Assembly (NCBI GenBank): GCA_965153455.1
Contig: OZ234494.1
Location: 682,001-746,000, forward strand
Origin: Sphagnum compactum
Taxonomy: Eukaryota
Direction: 5' to 3'
DNA: 64,000 nucleotides
Shown piece after piece: positions 52,826 to 64,000 of the stretch. Both the position numbers and the translations under genes were made by a program. The notes beneath the pieces are model-generated. The model was not told the origin of the DNA. It saw only the letters and a list, made by a program, of their open reading frames with translations, and did not search any database. Numbering within the stretch: position 1 is the stretch's first letter; each line of letters opens with the position of its first letter.

Positions 52826-52950
52826 CACAACCCCATCAAAACCCTAACATTAACCCCCATTTGAATCATACTCACATTCACATTCTAAATCACAACCCCA
52901 TCAAAACCTTAATATTAACCTCCCATTTAAATCATATTTACATCCACATT
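52826..52950. repeat. ~60-bp tandem duplication
   Basis: CACAACCCCATCAAAACCYTAAYATTAACC...CCCATTTRAATCATA occurs at 52826 and 52891. Confidence 0.8.
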
Positions 52951-54278
52951 ATGAACCACCTCAACTAATGTATGTGTTTTCACATCAAAACCAACTCCAA
53001 TGAGGTTTGTGCTCCCCTACATAAAATTAAAGAAGTGTGTGTTAAAAGCTCCAAATTCTTGATAAAAGCTCTTTGCAATTTTCATCTTTTTGCATGGGCC
53101 GCATGCAAAAGACGTGCAACATTTAAATGTTACTTCATTAAGGCAACTCTTACAAACAATTCTAGGCACTAGTTTGAATAATTTCATTGATCACAAATTT
53201 TTTTCACAACTATACACAAGCTCATGAGACTATTAAGTGCAACATTTTAGTGCTAGTTTACTAAAAAGAACTCAAGACCATTAGAGGCTCTAACAATCTC
53301 CTTAGCCAAATATGGTTTTTCTCATCCCTAGGCATAAGCCTATTTCATAGATCTTGTGAATTTGTACACAATTTTTACACTAATATTGTATTAATGTAAT
53401 AGGTATAACAATTTAATGTCAAATATTTATTATATTGTCTTCTAGAATTTTGGCATAATCATCAAAATATGTATATTTTGTTCTAAACATGTTTTTAAAA
53501 ACTTGTTAACTAGTTGTTGGTATGTTGTAATAAAATTTCAAAAACTCAAGATTTTATTTGTCAATTAATTATTGTCAAACCTAACTACTTACTATGGTAT
53601 TATAACCCTTGTTTGTATATATGCATGGTTAAAAGCCCATATTAAGGATAACTTTTTGGGTTGCAAGAAGGCAAGCACGGGTAATTCAACTTTGAATGCT
53701 TTTTTTACTTCATGTCAAAATTTGTGTAGAATGATTATCCCATTTTCTTGTTCATGATAAAAAAATATAGTTGGGTGAGTAACACTAGCGCTTTCCAAAT
53801 TTGCCACCTATCACTTGGATGGCATTTCCTAATCTTGTGCAAAAGAAGTTCTTATTCCATAATCTTCCAAACTAGAACATTATGTAATATATCTTTCATA
53901 GTAGAAGATTACATATATTACAAAAAGGTTCCAATGTTCGTTTCCATGTTCCCATGACAATTCTCATGTTTTGATAATTGTTCCCTTGTCATTCCCATGT
54001 TCTCATCTAGTTTTTCCAATAGTCGTTTCATGGCACATCACAATCATTCACCAAGGGAGGTTAACCCAATGGAACCGGCTTGCGAGGGCGGCTTACTTAC
54101 CCAGCATAAATGGGCAACCACATACTCATTCCATAGTACATCTTTCTTGTATTTAAGTCTTTCAAATTGCTTGCACAAGTAGAATATCTTATTATTTGAA
54201 TTGGAACCAGCATTGGTTGCTCAGGAGTGAGGAGCACGAATAATGTACCTAAATGATAGAAGCCTGGTGTTTCACCTC

Positions 54279-54448
54279 ATTGCAACCCTAGACCCTAAAC
54301 CCTATTGGTTTACATGTTTGGAGGGTGGCGGTGGTGGTGGTTGTTGAGAAAGGTGAAAGAAAGATTGCAACCCTAGGCCCCAAACCCTAAACCCTATTTG
54401 TTTACATGTTTCGAGGATGGTGGTGGTGGTGGTGGTTGTTGAGAAAGG
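54279..54448. repeat. ~80-bp tandem duplication with telomere-like CCCTAAACCCT and (GGT)n
   Basis: ATTGCAACCCTAG...CCCTAAACCCTATT.GTTTACATGTTT.GAGG.(TGG)n TTGTTGAGAAAGG occurs at 54279 and 54364. Confidence 0.85.
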
Positions 54449-54534
54449 AGAATGACAAGAGTTGCCATTCACATGGTTGCAAGAAAGAATCCACTTCATA
54501 AAAGTTTGGGGAGAGTTGGTATATCTCCATGCTA

Positions 54535-54958
54535 GTCATTTAGGACTTACACCTACTCACCGTCATGAATATTTTATGTTGAGTTTAACATTCACTTCAC
54601 AATTAAGGTATCACCCATTTAACATCAGGTTCCACCTAGGATGCCACCTAGATTTTGATTTAACACTGATTTAACATCAAGTGTGAATGCATCATAAGTA
54701 GCCTACAAATCACTAGTAACATAGACTGGCTACACCTAGTGTTGAGTCCCCTAACACCATGTTCGTCATTTAGGACTTACACTTACTTACCATGAACATT
54801 TTATGTTGAGTTAACTGACATTCACTTAAATTTAAGCTATCACCCATTTAACATTGGGTGCCACCTAAGATGCCACCTAGATTTTCATTTAACACTGACT
54901 TAACATCAAGTGTGAATGCACCATTATAAGTAGCCTACAATCACTAAATAACATACAT
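54535..54958. repeat. ~190-bp segment duplicated in tandem
   Basis: GTCATTTAGGACTTACAC...CCACCTAGATTTT...AACATCAAGTGTGAATGCA...AAGTAGCCTACAA occurs at 54535 and 54765. Confidence 0.88.
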
Positions 54959-55196
54959 AAAAAATAAAACAACAAAATCTGTAAGGGAAAAAAATACACC
55001 TTTTGGGGTGAATAATTGAATTCGGAATTATTATCTCAATTGGTTCATTGCAATAATGTGGATATGTTTAGCCTACCATCATCCGAATAAAAATGTGAGC
55101 AAAATTGGACCATTTCAATAAGTCTCATGGTGTTTTGGAAGAAGTGTGGGTTGGTTTCAAAAAATAATAGAGTTTGAGAAAGACAAATGAAATCGA

Positions 55197-55470
55197 TCTA
55201 TGATGAAGCAAGGTGGTTTGTTTTGTCATGATGACCATCTCCCAAAAACCATGGCAATAGATACCAAGAGCGCAATAGATTTTTGTATTTCACAATTTTC
55301 AGAGCTAAGGTGTGGAAGATATTGATTTTTGAGTTGATTTTGTTGCTGGAAATTCAAACAAATTGCAAAAAATTGGGTTTTGGAAGGGAGTTTTTTTTTT
55401 CAATTCTGAAAATTAATGTGAAAAATAAAGATTGTGTTCACACTTGGGCCAATGGCACAGGCGAAACTAG
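55197..55470 (+). mobile_element. Probable small non-autonomous canonical Helitron
   Basis: Junctions A|TC (55197) and CTAG|T (55470). A weak GC-rich hairpin TGGGCCAATGGCACA lies about 11 nt before the 3' end. Only one copy in the window, so the 5' boundary is uncertain. Confidence 0.45.
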
Positions 55471-57789
55471 TGGCTATATGAGAAAGGGTAGGAAATTTGG
55501 GTGTATAATACAGATGGCAGGTTAAAATGGTGGGTGGGTAGGTGGCAATTATAATGTCAAATTCCACTGCTGGTGTGTGCTTTACAGGTTGGAACTTGGC
55601 CAGTCCCATCATTATTCCAGGATATAATAAAGCCCACAAGAAATACATAAGGAATTTGCATGGAGCTCCTCACATGGTCAAAAAGGATCTCATATTGTAT
55701 TTTTGTTGTCTTTTTTGACCACACTTTGAATCGGTTGTACAACATTGATAGAGTGCCCCAAATGGTGGAGCCAACCCCTCACAAATTCAATTGTTTTTAT
55801 TGGTGAGAAGGTGGTGGGTGATTCCATCATGGCTCCATGGGTTTTTTCACCACCCTTGATTTCATCCACTAAACCCCCTCTACTACTAACTCACCATATT
55901 CATCAACCATACTTGGATGATTTTTTGAGAACCCCATTATAGATTGTTGGATGAAAATGTTTGTAATATTAGAGTTATCCGTAAAGTCTCACGATCGATC
56001 AGGGGGCGAGAACGGCCAGTTTCGGCATAATAGTAGGGCATCAAACCCATAACTGGGAATGGGAATTTTACAAAGCGAAATAACTGAGACCCAAACTAGT
56101 TTTTCCACCAATTTTGGTGGTAAACTGAGTTTCATCCTGTCTTTTCCTTTTTCTTGAGCGCCTCCACTGCTGCTACATACATTTTCACTGCTCCTAACTG
56201 TACAACTACTATAATTACTCTCGAAGCTCCTGCATTAAATGCTGAGTTTCAGCATTTCATACTGAGATTTAATCAAATTTCCTTACTTTGTGGATATCAC
56301 TGAAGAGGGGATATGGGGTGTTTAATAAGTAAGGTGTTTTATCCCTTGTTTTTAATACATATGAACATTTTCTGAATATGTGGTGTGTTTTATAAATAAA
56401 GCTTTACAGGGTTTTGATGATAGGGGGTGAAAGCATCATGCCCAAAGAGGCCGCAGAGAATCAGCACCCACCAGCGCACCATCCATTGGATGCTCGTTAT
56501 TACTCAGTTGTGGATGAACCTCGACTGAGTTAATATTTGGTTTCAACTTGGTAACCAATTTTGTGAGAAATAGGTCTCAAATATAATAGGTATATAGGTA
56601 GGAAAATAGGTAATTATTAGGTAAGTAGATGCTCTATACACAGGTAAGGGCTGCTTTTACTACCTACCTACTAACAAGCAGGTTTATAGTAGGTAGGTTT
56701 TAAAAAGAAAGCAACTGAGCTAACCACCATGGTTATTAGGGAACTGGAACTCAACAGAAAATTATTTCCTGCCCACTTACCATTCATCCTTCATGGTACA
56801 CTGGTGTGTACTGGTTCACTGTGGCTGCCCAAAAACAGGGTGAAGACTTTACAGATAACTCTATTGCAAAAACATTTATGGCATCATTTTCCATTTTTTG
56901 GTGGTTTTAGCTAACATGGTTTCTTTTGTTGAATTCTAATATGTTCACATTTCACACCATTAAACTGCCAGATTAATAATTTTCAGTTTTTCTATGTATA
57001 TATTTATGTGTGTATATATATATGTATAAATACATGTTTCATAGTACCTCGCTTGGTTCCACAGCAAGGTGCCTAACAAATTTTTTTTTTGGTCATTTAT
57101 TTTTGACAATAAAAATAAAAATATTTTCCAATTATGCATTTTAGTAAGTAATGAAGCTATTATTCTTGTTTGAGAGTTTCTTTCAGATTTTCAGGATGGC
57201 AAACAGGCATTTTTTCAGAAAATTTGGCAATTTCAAAAATAATTAATTAGTGCCTAACCAACCTAGGTACTAGAGTATATGAATTTGAGGTGTATTTAGT
57301 CCTCCATGTTAAAAATAATTTGAGTGCAATAATTTGACCAAAAGATTGCCACAAACACTTAAAAAAAGAACAAAAGACTTCAACAAACATTTTCTTCATG
57401 AAAATTGAGGGTAATTAAAACAACATTTCTTTTGAATGAAAACAGGAATTTTTACATGAAAATAGTTAGAAACTTTTATCTCTTTCTTTAGTTTCGTAAA
57501 TAAAAATGTCCTATTTAAATTGAATAAATAAAATAAAATAGGATAATATAATTTCAAAATATGTTTTTTCCCATTTTGATCAGTTTAAATAGAATGAGAC
57601 GTGATAAAAGTCTCTCAAATATACATTTCTCATTTTGATTACATAATTAAAGAAAAAGAGGATTCAAGTGTCCAAAATATAGAATTCTTTTTCAGATTTC
57701 TTAATAAAATGAAAAAGGGCCACCCATTAATTTTCCTTCTTGAGACATGAAACGTTTAACAAAGAAAAATAAAATAAATAAATAAAGGA

Positions 57790-58450
57790 GAGAAATAGGT
57801 CAAGTATTTTCTTTGCCTAGCAAAAGAAACAACAAAATAATTCCATAAAATATGCACTAGGTAGGTAGGTAGCTAGCCACAGCTAGGTAGATAGAAAAAA
57901 GGAAAAAAATAAAAAGAAAAGAAAAAGGTCAAATGTTTTTCTTTGCATTTTAAAAATTTTAATTCAATTAAAAAAATTCTACTAGGTACCTAGTCAGCTA
58001 CAGCTAGTTAGAAAAAAGGGTAAAAGAAAATACAAGGAGAAAAATAGGTCAAATTTTTTCTTTGATGAGTAAATAAATCTTTTGAAAAATGAAATTCATT
58101 CCAAAAATGTAGTAGGTACCTAGTTTAGCTACAGCTGGGTAGATAGAAATAAAAGAAAATAAAAAGAGGGGGAAAATATAAAAAAAGAAGTCAAGAGTTA
58201 TATATCTTTGCTGAGTAAATAAATTTTTTAAAATAAAATAAAATTCAATATACTAGGTACCTAGCTAACTACAAGTGTAGGTAGATAGAAAAAAAGGGGG
58301 AAAAAAAAAGGAAAAAAAAAATCAAAGTAGAAAAATACATCAAGTGTTTTTCTTTGCCAAGTAAATATAAAATTTAAGAAAATTAAAAAATAATAAAAAT
58401 GTTCTACTAGGTACCTAGTTCGCTACTACTAGGTAAATAGAAAAAAGTGA
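57790..58450. repeat. Five-unit degenerate tandem array with palindromic core ACTAGGTACCTAGT
   Basis: Cores at 57856, 57981, 58111, 58252 and 58406. Each is followed by an AGCTACAGCTAGGTAGATAGAAAAA-like tract and preceded by a GGTCAA...TTTTCTTTG-like tract. Confidence 0.85.
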
Positions 58451-59427
58451 ATTAAAAATTATTTAAGAAAATAAGAAATTTAAACAAACAAGAGAAAGCT
58501 GAAAATAAAACATTAGAAAATGTCCACTTGTTTTTTGCATGCAGTGGGAAACCAAAAAAAGAACTGGTGTAAATATTTCGTCAGCGAACTCGTTGTTTTG
58601 CGTTGTTCTCTTCTGCGTCGTCGTCGTTGCAGAAAACGAAGGAGACGCACAGGCTTCAGACGCCATAGCTACGCGCGCCTCTTGCTCGCTGGGTGGCTCG
58701 CTACTGCAGCGTCAGTTTTTGCAAATTGTGGTAGGGGACGAGGAGGAGATGGAGACCGGAAGAGACTGGTATTTTCCCTTCCAATGCTGCATCGGTAAAA
58801 AAAAGAATTTCAAGAGAAGGTGGTGAAGTAGAGGAAAGCATTCGGTCCCGATGCCATGTGTTTTGTTGAAGCTTTCGCCGTAGTTTAGTGCAGCGAGGAC
58901 GGTGATTATATATATATATGGTGATAGAGAGAAAATTCTCCGCGAGGTATTTATGTGAGAATACATCGCTTGTGGAAATTTATTTTCCTTATTGTGCACA
59001 TTTGAGCTTTGGTTTTCAGGCTTGATGCAAACGAACGAGGGAAGAGAGATAAAAGAGAGAATTGCGTTTTTGTTCTGTTGCATTTTTCCAAATTTTGGTT
59101 AGCGATGGTTTTCTCGCTTTCCAGACGAGGTTTCTTGGTTGACGTTGGTATCGTGAGACTTGATCCAAGTCATAGTATCGTTGCGGACAATGTTTCTGCG
59201 CACAATGTGCGATGATTTCTCCGATTTCTTCTCTTCTTTGATCGTGGAAACGATCGCGATTCAACCTCGCGATTTGCATTGCTTTTCAAACTCTCGCGAA
59301 GTACTTAGCTCTGGTTGCGTACTAAGCTTCTGCTGTGTCCTGCAGGGAGAAAATTAGAACGTGCGGTTTCTTCCAACGCTGAAAAAACGATGCCAGAGTC
59401 GCGGCTGAGACTCCTCCGGCAAACAAA

Positions 59428-62400
59428 ATGGCAGAAGATCACGATGCTGTTGACGCGGCCGTCCGTCCTTCGTCTGTTGCGCTCAACAACGCTGATGCTT
59501 CCGACTCCTCTTCTTCGTTGCGCCTTGCAATCGACGGACTTATTAGGCCCGTATTGCCAGATTCTCCAATAGAACCAGGTAGCGCAACAATCCGTCTAGT
59601 AGATTCTGCGTCTGGTCGTATCAAGAGTGTCAAGGTAAAAGCTGGAGCAGTTGCTGGTAAGAATGAAGAAGAAGACAGCTGCTATTATTCAGTGGCAGAC
59701 ATCCCCAGTCTCATCAGCAGCAGCAGCTTGGTTACGACCAACTGTCGAGACTTTGCATCGCCGCTGCTTTCCGACTCTTTGCAAAGCGAATCCGATCCAC
59801 GACTCTGCGAAGCCGTATTGCGCTCTGTGTTTGCACCAAGAGCGCCTGGAGAAAGTCTGGACGACTGCATAAAAAATGCGGAGATCGTGAAGCGAGCCTT
59901 CACTCTCCACGACACTGTCTACTCCAAGGCTGAGAGCCGTGCTCTCAAAGTGGCGCAGTACCGAAGAGCTGGTACGTACGCTTTTTGCACTACTACCCTT
60001 GACTGTCTGTTGTTGCAGAAGATGCGAAACTCCTCGTCGGTTAAGAGAAACACTCCTGATCCAAAGCCCCAATTGTACACTGGTTTTTTGCTTGCTTTGT
60101 TTACAGAGGTTCAGATGAAGTTGGAAGCTTTGCAAAGGGATGATGACGTCCTGGTTCCCCCAAGCCAATTCCAAGATCCCGCTCTATATCAACGCTGGAA
60201 AGTGGAAGAGCTTCAAAGGCTCTCGGATTTGGTCACTCTCTTCGGCAATCTGCCTTCATTCTCAGGTGGTGTGCAAGTGGAGATCCTTTCTGGTGAAGAT
60301 CTCAAGCCTACCAATACTTCTTGCATCATCTGCAGCTTGCCGGCCTTCAACAAGAAGCCTGCTGAAATCTCAGTCTACTGTTCTGTTTCCACTTTGCCAG
60401 CAACAAGGCCACCAGTGACAACTCCCTCTCCAGCTTCTGAATCATCTGAAGCAGATGGACTGCACAACCCAGTGTTCCTCAGTGAAGTTGTAGTCTGCAC
60501 AGGAAATGCTGATTGGCAGACACAATCACCATGGACACCCATTACCAGGTATATTCTCATTTTAACTCAGAAGCTCTCCTTCTTCCAGCAATTTTGCAGA
60601 CTTTCAAAGAATGCTAGTCCTTGAAGTTACAACAGAGGTCTGGTTAGGGCTGGCCGAAGCTCCTCAAACCATCCTATTCACACATTGTACAGTGTCAGAC
60701 CATGTGTAGTCAGTCTATGGAGAGTCACTATGTAGGTATACAAAGGAAAATTGGTAAATCTGCACCACCACATCCAACCTCAGGGTATTGAGCCAGGGCT
60801 TGGGAACCAGACTAACTACTTACAGGAAAATGCTTGTCCTCACAGCTTACAGGACCAAATTCTGATTGAAGTCTGGGAGAAGGTTGAAGCAGTTAAGGCT
60901 GCAGATCCTGATCCAGTACAGACTGTAAGTAAGACTCCAGGTCAAATCAGCAACTTTCGACAATTTGCAAGAAGACAAAGCTCTAAACGAAAGAAAAGGG
61001 TGAGAAGTAGGTTGCTAGATGATTTGAAAATGTGAAGCTCCCAGGGTTTGTGTAGTACATTATGAATGAGCCTTTCCACTAGAAGCCTCCTTGCAGTTTC
61101 CAAGTTCTATGACAAGAGTTTCAGAACATGAATACAGAAAGCAGTAGATTTTGCAATGTGCAATCTTACTGTATATAAACCTAGGCAAATAAATAGATAC
61201 CAGCTTGGAAGGACAATTAGGTTACCAGATTTGGAGTATAGCAGGGTCCAAGTAAATGATGCTAGGATGGACAGCTCAGCACTTTTGCATTGTAAAGTCA
61301 TCCTTATGCCAACAATACCCTGTTCAATTTGCTTATTTTCTGAAGCAATAGCAGAAAGTATAGATGCAGTTGATAAATTGGAGCTAGAATTTTATACAGG
61401 TGGCTCCGTGGAGTAGTGATACTTTCCTCGGGCAGGTGAAATTATCATTCAGCCGTATTGAGTCACAGGCTCTGGCTCAAGGAGGTGTACAAGGCCAGAC
61501 ACCAGCTACATCCTACATGCTTGTGGATGATAGAGGAAAACAGGGAATGAGCACCATTCAGTTGAAGTTCAACTGCTCCTGTGAACGTTTTTACAGGTGC
61601 TTGATTATAACCATGGGCCTATACATCTCCAAAGATCTTGGTTTCTAGTGATTGTGTGTTCACATTGCCAGGATGCCATGTTCTGGAAAATAGACATGTG
61701 CGAAGATTTTAATTTGTACATTTTCTGGTTTGTATATTGTTCTAACACACTCCATGGTTGTAAAGGAAATGTGAAGTCACTGTTACTTTCCTGTTTGGCT
61801 ATTCGTTGCAGGGATGCCCCACCCAATAAGCTGCTTCTTATGCCTCCAATTGAGGAAATAGAAACAGCTTTTGACAACCTTGTTTGCATTGCCTTTCATA
61901 CAGAGAAGCAAGGTAGTTGCTTTGAAACTCCTATTATTAAGTCATTCATTTAACTGCTATCGTGATGTTATTATGAACATTGTATATCTGCTCTTGATGG
62001 TTATTGTGCTAATATCTGATGAAGGCTCATATAACTACGGTTCTCACATCTGAATAATATATGGTAACTACCTATTGTATATCCACAGGTAGCCACCATG
62101 CTCACATCTGATAAAACCTTAGATGCTCACTTTCTCTGATGCCCAGGTCATGTAGAGCAGAGAAATGAGCACTAGTGTGTTGTATTCACGGGCAGGATTG
62201 TTTTCACTAATATGGATGTGCACTTCCTTTGCAGATTCCTGGCAGCTTGGACCACAATGGAGGCAAATTGTCTATGGGTTTGGAGCACACTATTGGATTC
62301 GGGAAGAGAGGTGTGCATTGGGCGTGGTGAATATTATGGCTGGACTCTTTCAACAAGATGCTCGATATTGTCAAGGAATTGTCCAAGAATGGTTACCTGC

Positions 62401-64000
62401 TTGCAATGCAGCCAAGGATGGAAGATTAACACAAAACGAGCTTGCACTACATTGCCATATTGTTGTCTGTATGGACTGCTTCCTATCATATCCTTTGCTT
62501 TCTGTTGGTTCCTACTCCTTTTTTGTTATCTCTGTTATGTGATGAAGCTATCTTTTCTTTTCTCTGTGGCTAGACAGTGCAAAACCAGTCATCTGTGGGG
62601 TTAATGATTTCAGTACATGGTGGACATCCATTTGTCTACTGTTGAGTTTGTTGGGTGTCTCTGAGATTTGACCCATTGGTCATCTTTTTTATGTTAGTTA
62701 GTCACATTGGCCACAATCAATCTGAGCTCTAAACTGTATGAGAGTGCTTATTTTGTTATCCAATTAAAAAGTCACAAAGTAGACCAAACTCAGTATGCTC
62801 ATCCATTGTAAACTGGCTAATGCAGACCCTAATCATAATCTGTATCCTCATGAGTCAGCCCTTGAACAGAGGCACTTATGTAGCTGAAAGTTTGACAAAT
62901 GGTTTTGTGACGGACTGTTGTATTGACTGAGTCTGGATTTCTCCCAACTGGTCAGTGAAACTTCAGGTTCTTGTCAGGGCAACTTGAGTCGTAGTATAGT
63001 GTCCACATAAACTTGTGGCATACTCTCATTGTTACAGTAATGGGCTGGAGAATGAATCGTTGGTCCTATTCTTGTTGCTGGGGTAGCTCTGATGAAGCCT
63101 GCAATCAACTCCATGGAAAATTTCCATTCGGTTTTCCAAGGAGAGGAGGCAGCAGGAGTCCTTCCAAGATTGATAGAGCTTTTGGGTCTCATCCTCCGCT
63201 GGGATCCAGACCCATCTGAACTCATTGTTCCACTGAGGGCCTGGATTCAGGTGAGTTTCTCATTTGTAAGTAGGTAGGGATTATGTTGTCCATTCAACCT
63301 TGCAAGCCAAAACTGATGGTGATGGGGATTTCACATTCAACTAATGCTATCTCTGTTCTGCTACTGATTATTTTCTGCTTTGGATTCAGTTTTGTCACTG
63401 CAAGAAGCATATGAATATGAACTCAGAAGTTTCTATCATTATCACTCATTCAGATTCTTGGTTTTATTTGGGGATTTGTTGAGTAAGCCAGAATGGCTGT
63501 GAAAGCCGGTTAAACAATCAAGTACTTGGAGAAACTGATGGAGATGGGATGAGAGAGATGAGTGCACAGTCACTCATCCAGGGAGTGCAAATGATTCGCA
63601 CTGACCTAATTGAGTATAGGACAACATTCAAGGGTTCTTTTCCAAATAACTTTGATCTTCATCAAGTCGCAGCTTCAATGTACTATCAGCTGGTAAGCCA
63701 CCGAGAAACTGAAAATTCTTGTCATCTTACATATGATGGTCACAGAATAACATTGGTGTGAATATGTAGGCCACACAGACGTAAATGCTACTCATAAGTA
63801 TTACTGGAAAAATTGGAGAGGGTGTCCCTAGCAGTAGTCTTCATAATTCTAGACCAGAATTTTGTCAGAAAATCTCAACAACAAAATCAATGCAACAGTG
63901 TTTGTGTGTGCTAAGTATCAAATGATGGTTGTTTCTACAGATCTCTCATTATCTTGTCACATTTGTTGGAAATGCTTCAGTCAATATTTCTACAAAAGAA
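59428..64000 (+). CDS. C2-domain protein with Munc13-homology (MUN/MHD)-like helical region; 3' end outside window; possible extra first exon 58749-58794
   Basis: Phase-consistent GT-AG exons: 59428-60548, 60846-60924, 61400-61596, 61812-61912, 62235-62468, 63087-63250, 63492-63692, 63941->64000. C2 strands: VQVEILSGEDL, ISVYCSV, SLQDQILIEVWEK, DTFLGQVKLSF. Downstream helical motifs (WRQIVYGFGAHYWI, MENFHSVF, IRTDLIEYRTTFKGSFPNNFDLHQVAASMYYQL) resemble Munc13-like plant proteins, by recall. Confidence 0.8.

Noticed and set aside
57790..58450. CRISPR-like repeat-spacer array
   Set aside because: The linkers are homologous to each other, A-rich and over 100 bp. The context is eukaryotic and there are no cas genes.
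59439..60560. Several minus-strand and alternate-frame ORFs
   Set aside because: Shadows of the GC-richer first large exon of the C2/MUN gene.
60736..60845. Alternative acceptors for exon 2 of the last gene (60736, 60826)
   Set aside because: 60736 gives an immediate stop and 60826 is out of phase. 60846 fits both phase and the C2 motif.

Overview
AT-rich eukaryotic (land-plant) genomic DNA with spliceosomal introns. A bryophyte such as a moss is my inference from gene and transposon style, not something shown. Host genes: (1) the intact 3' part of an LRR receptor-like kinase (1-3728, +); (2) a WNK kinase pseudogene with a U12-type intron (30865-~34300, +); (3) an intron-containing histone H2B with a canonical plant histone promoter (35176-35706, -); (4) the 5' part of a large C2-domain / Munc13-homology-like gene (58749 or 59428 to >64000, +). 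The rest is a transposon graveyard. It holds two decayed Helitron-type Rep-helicase elements whose Rep motifs look Helitron2/Helentron-like, a decayed LTR-less Ty1/copia element with nested insertions, and four non-autonomous CACTA-ended elements (three with perfect 3-bp TSDs). There is also a probable small Helitron and several local tandem duplications. The most notable signals are degenerate tRNA-like (Pol III A/B-box) modules inside three CACTA elements of two families, an apparent 1-nt frameshift separating a spliced N-terminal exon from the C2/MUN gene, an apparently chimeric LRR-RLK, and a palindrome-cored tandem array upstream of the last gene. All calls come from reading the sequence by eye; no database searches were run.
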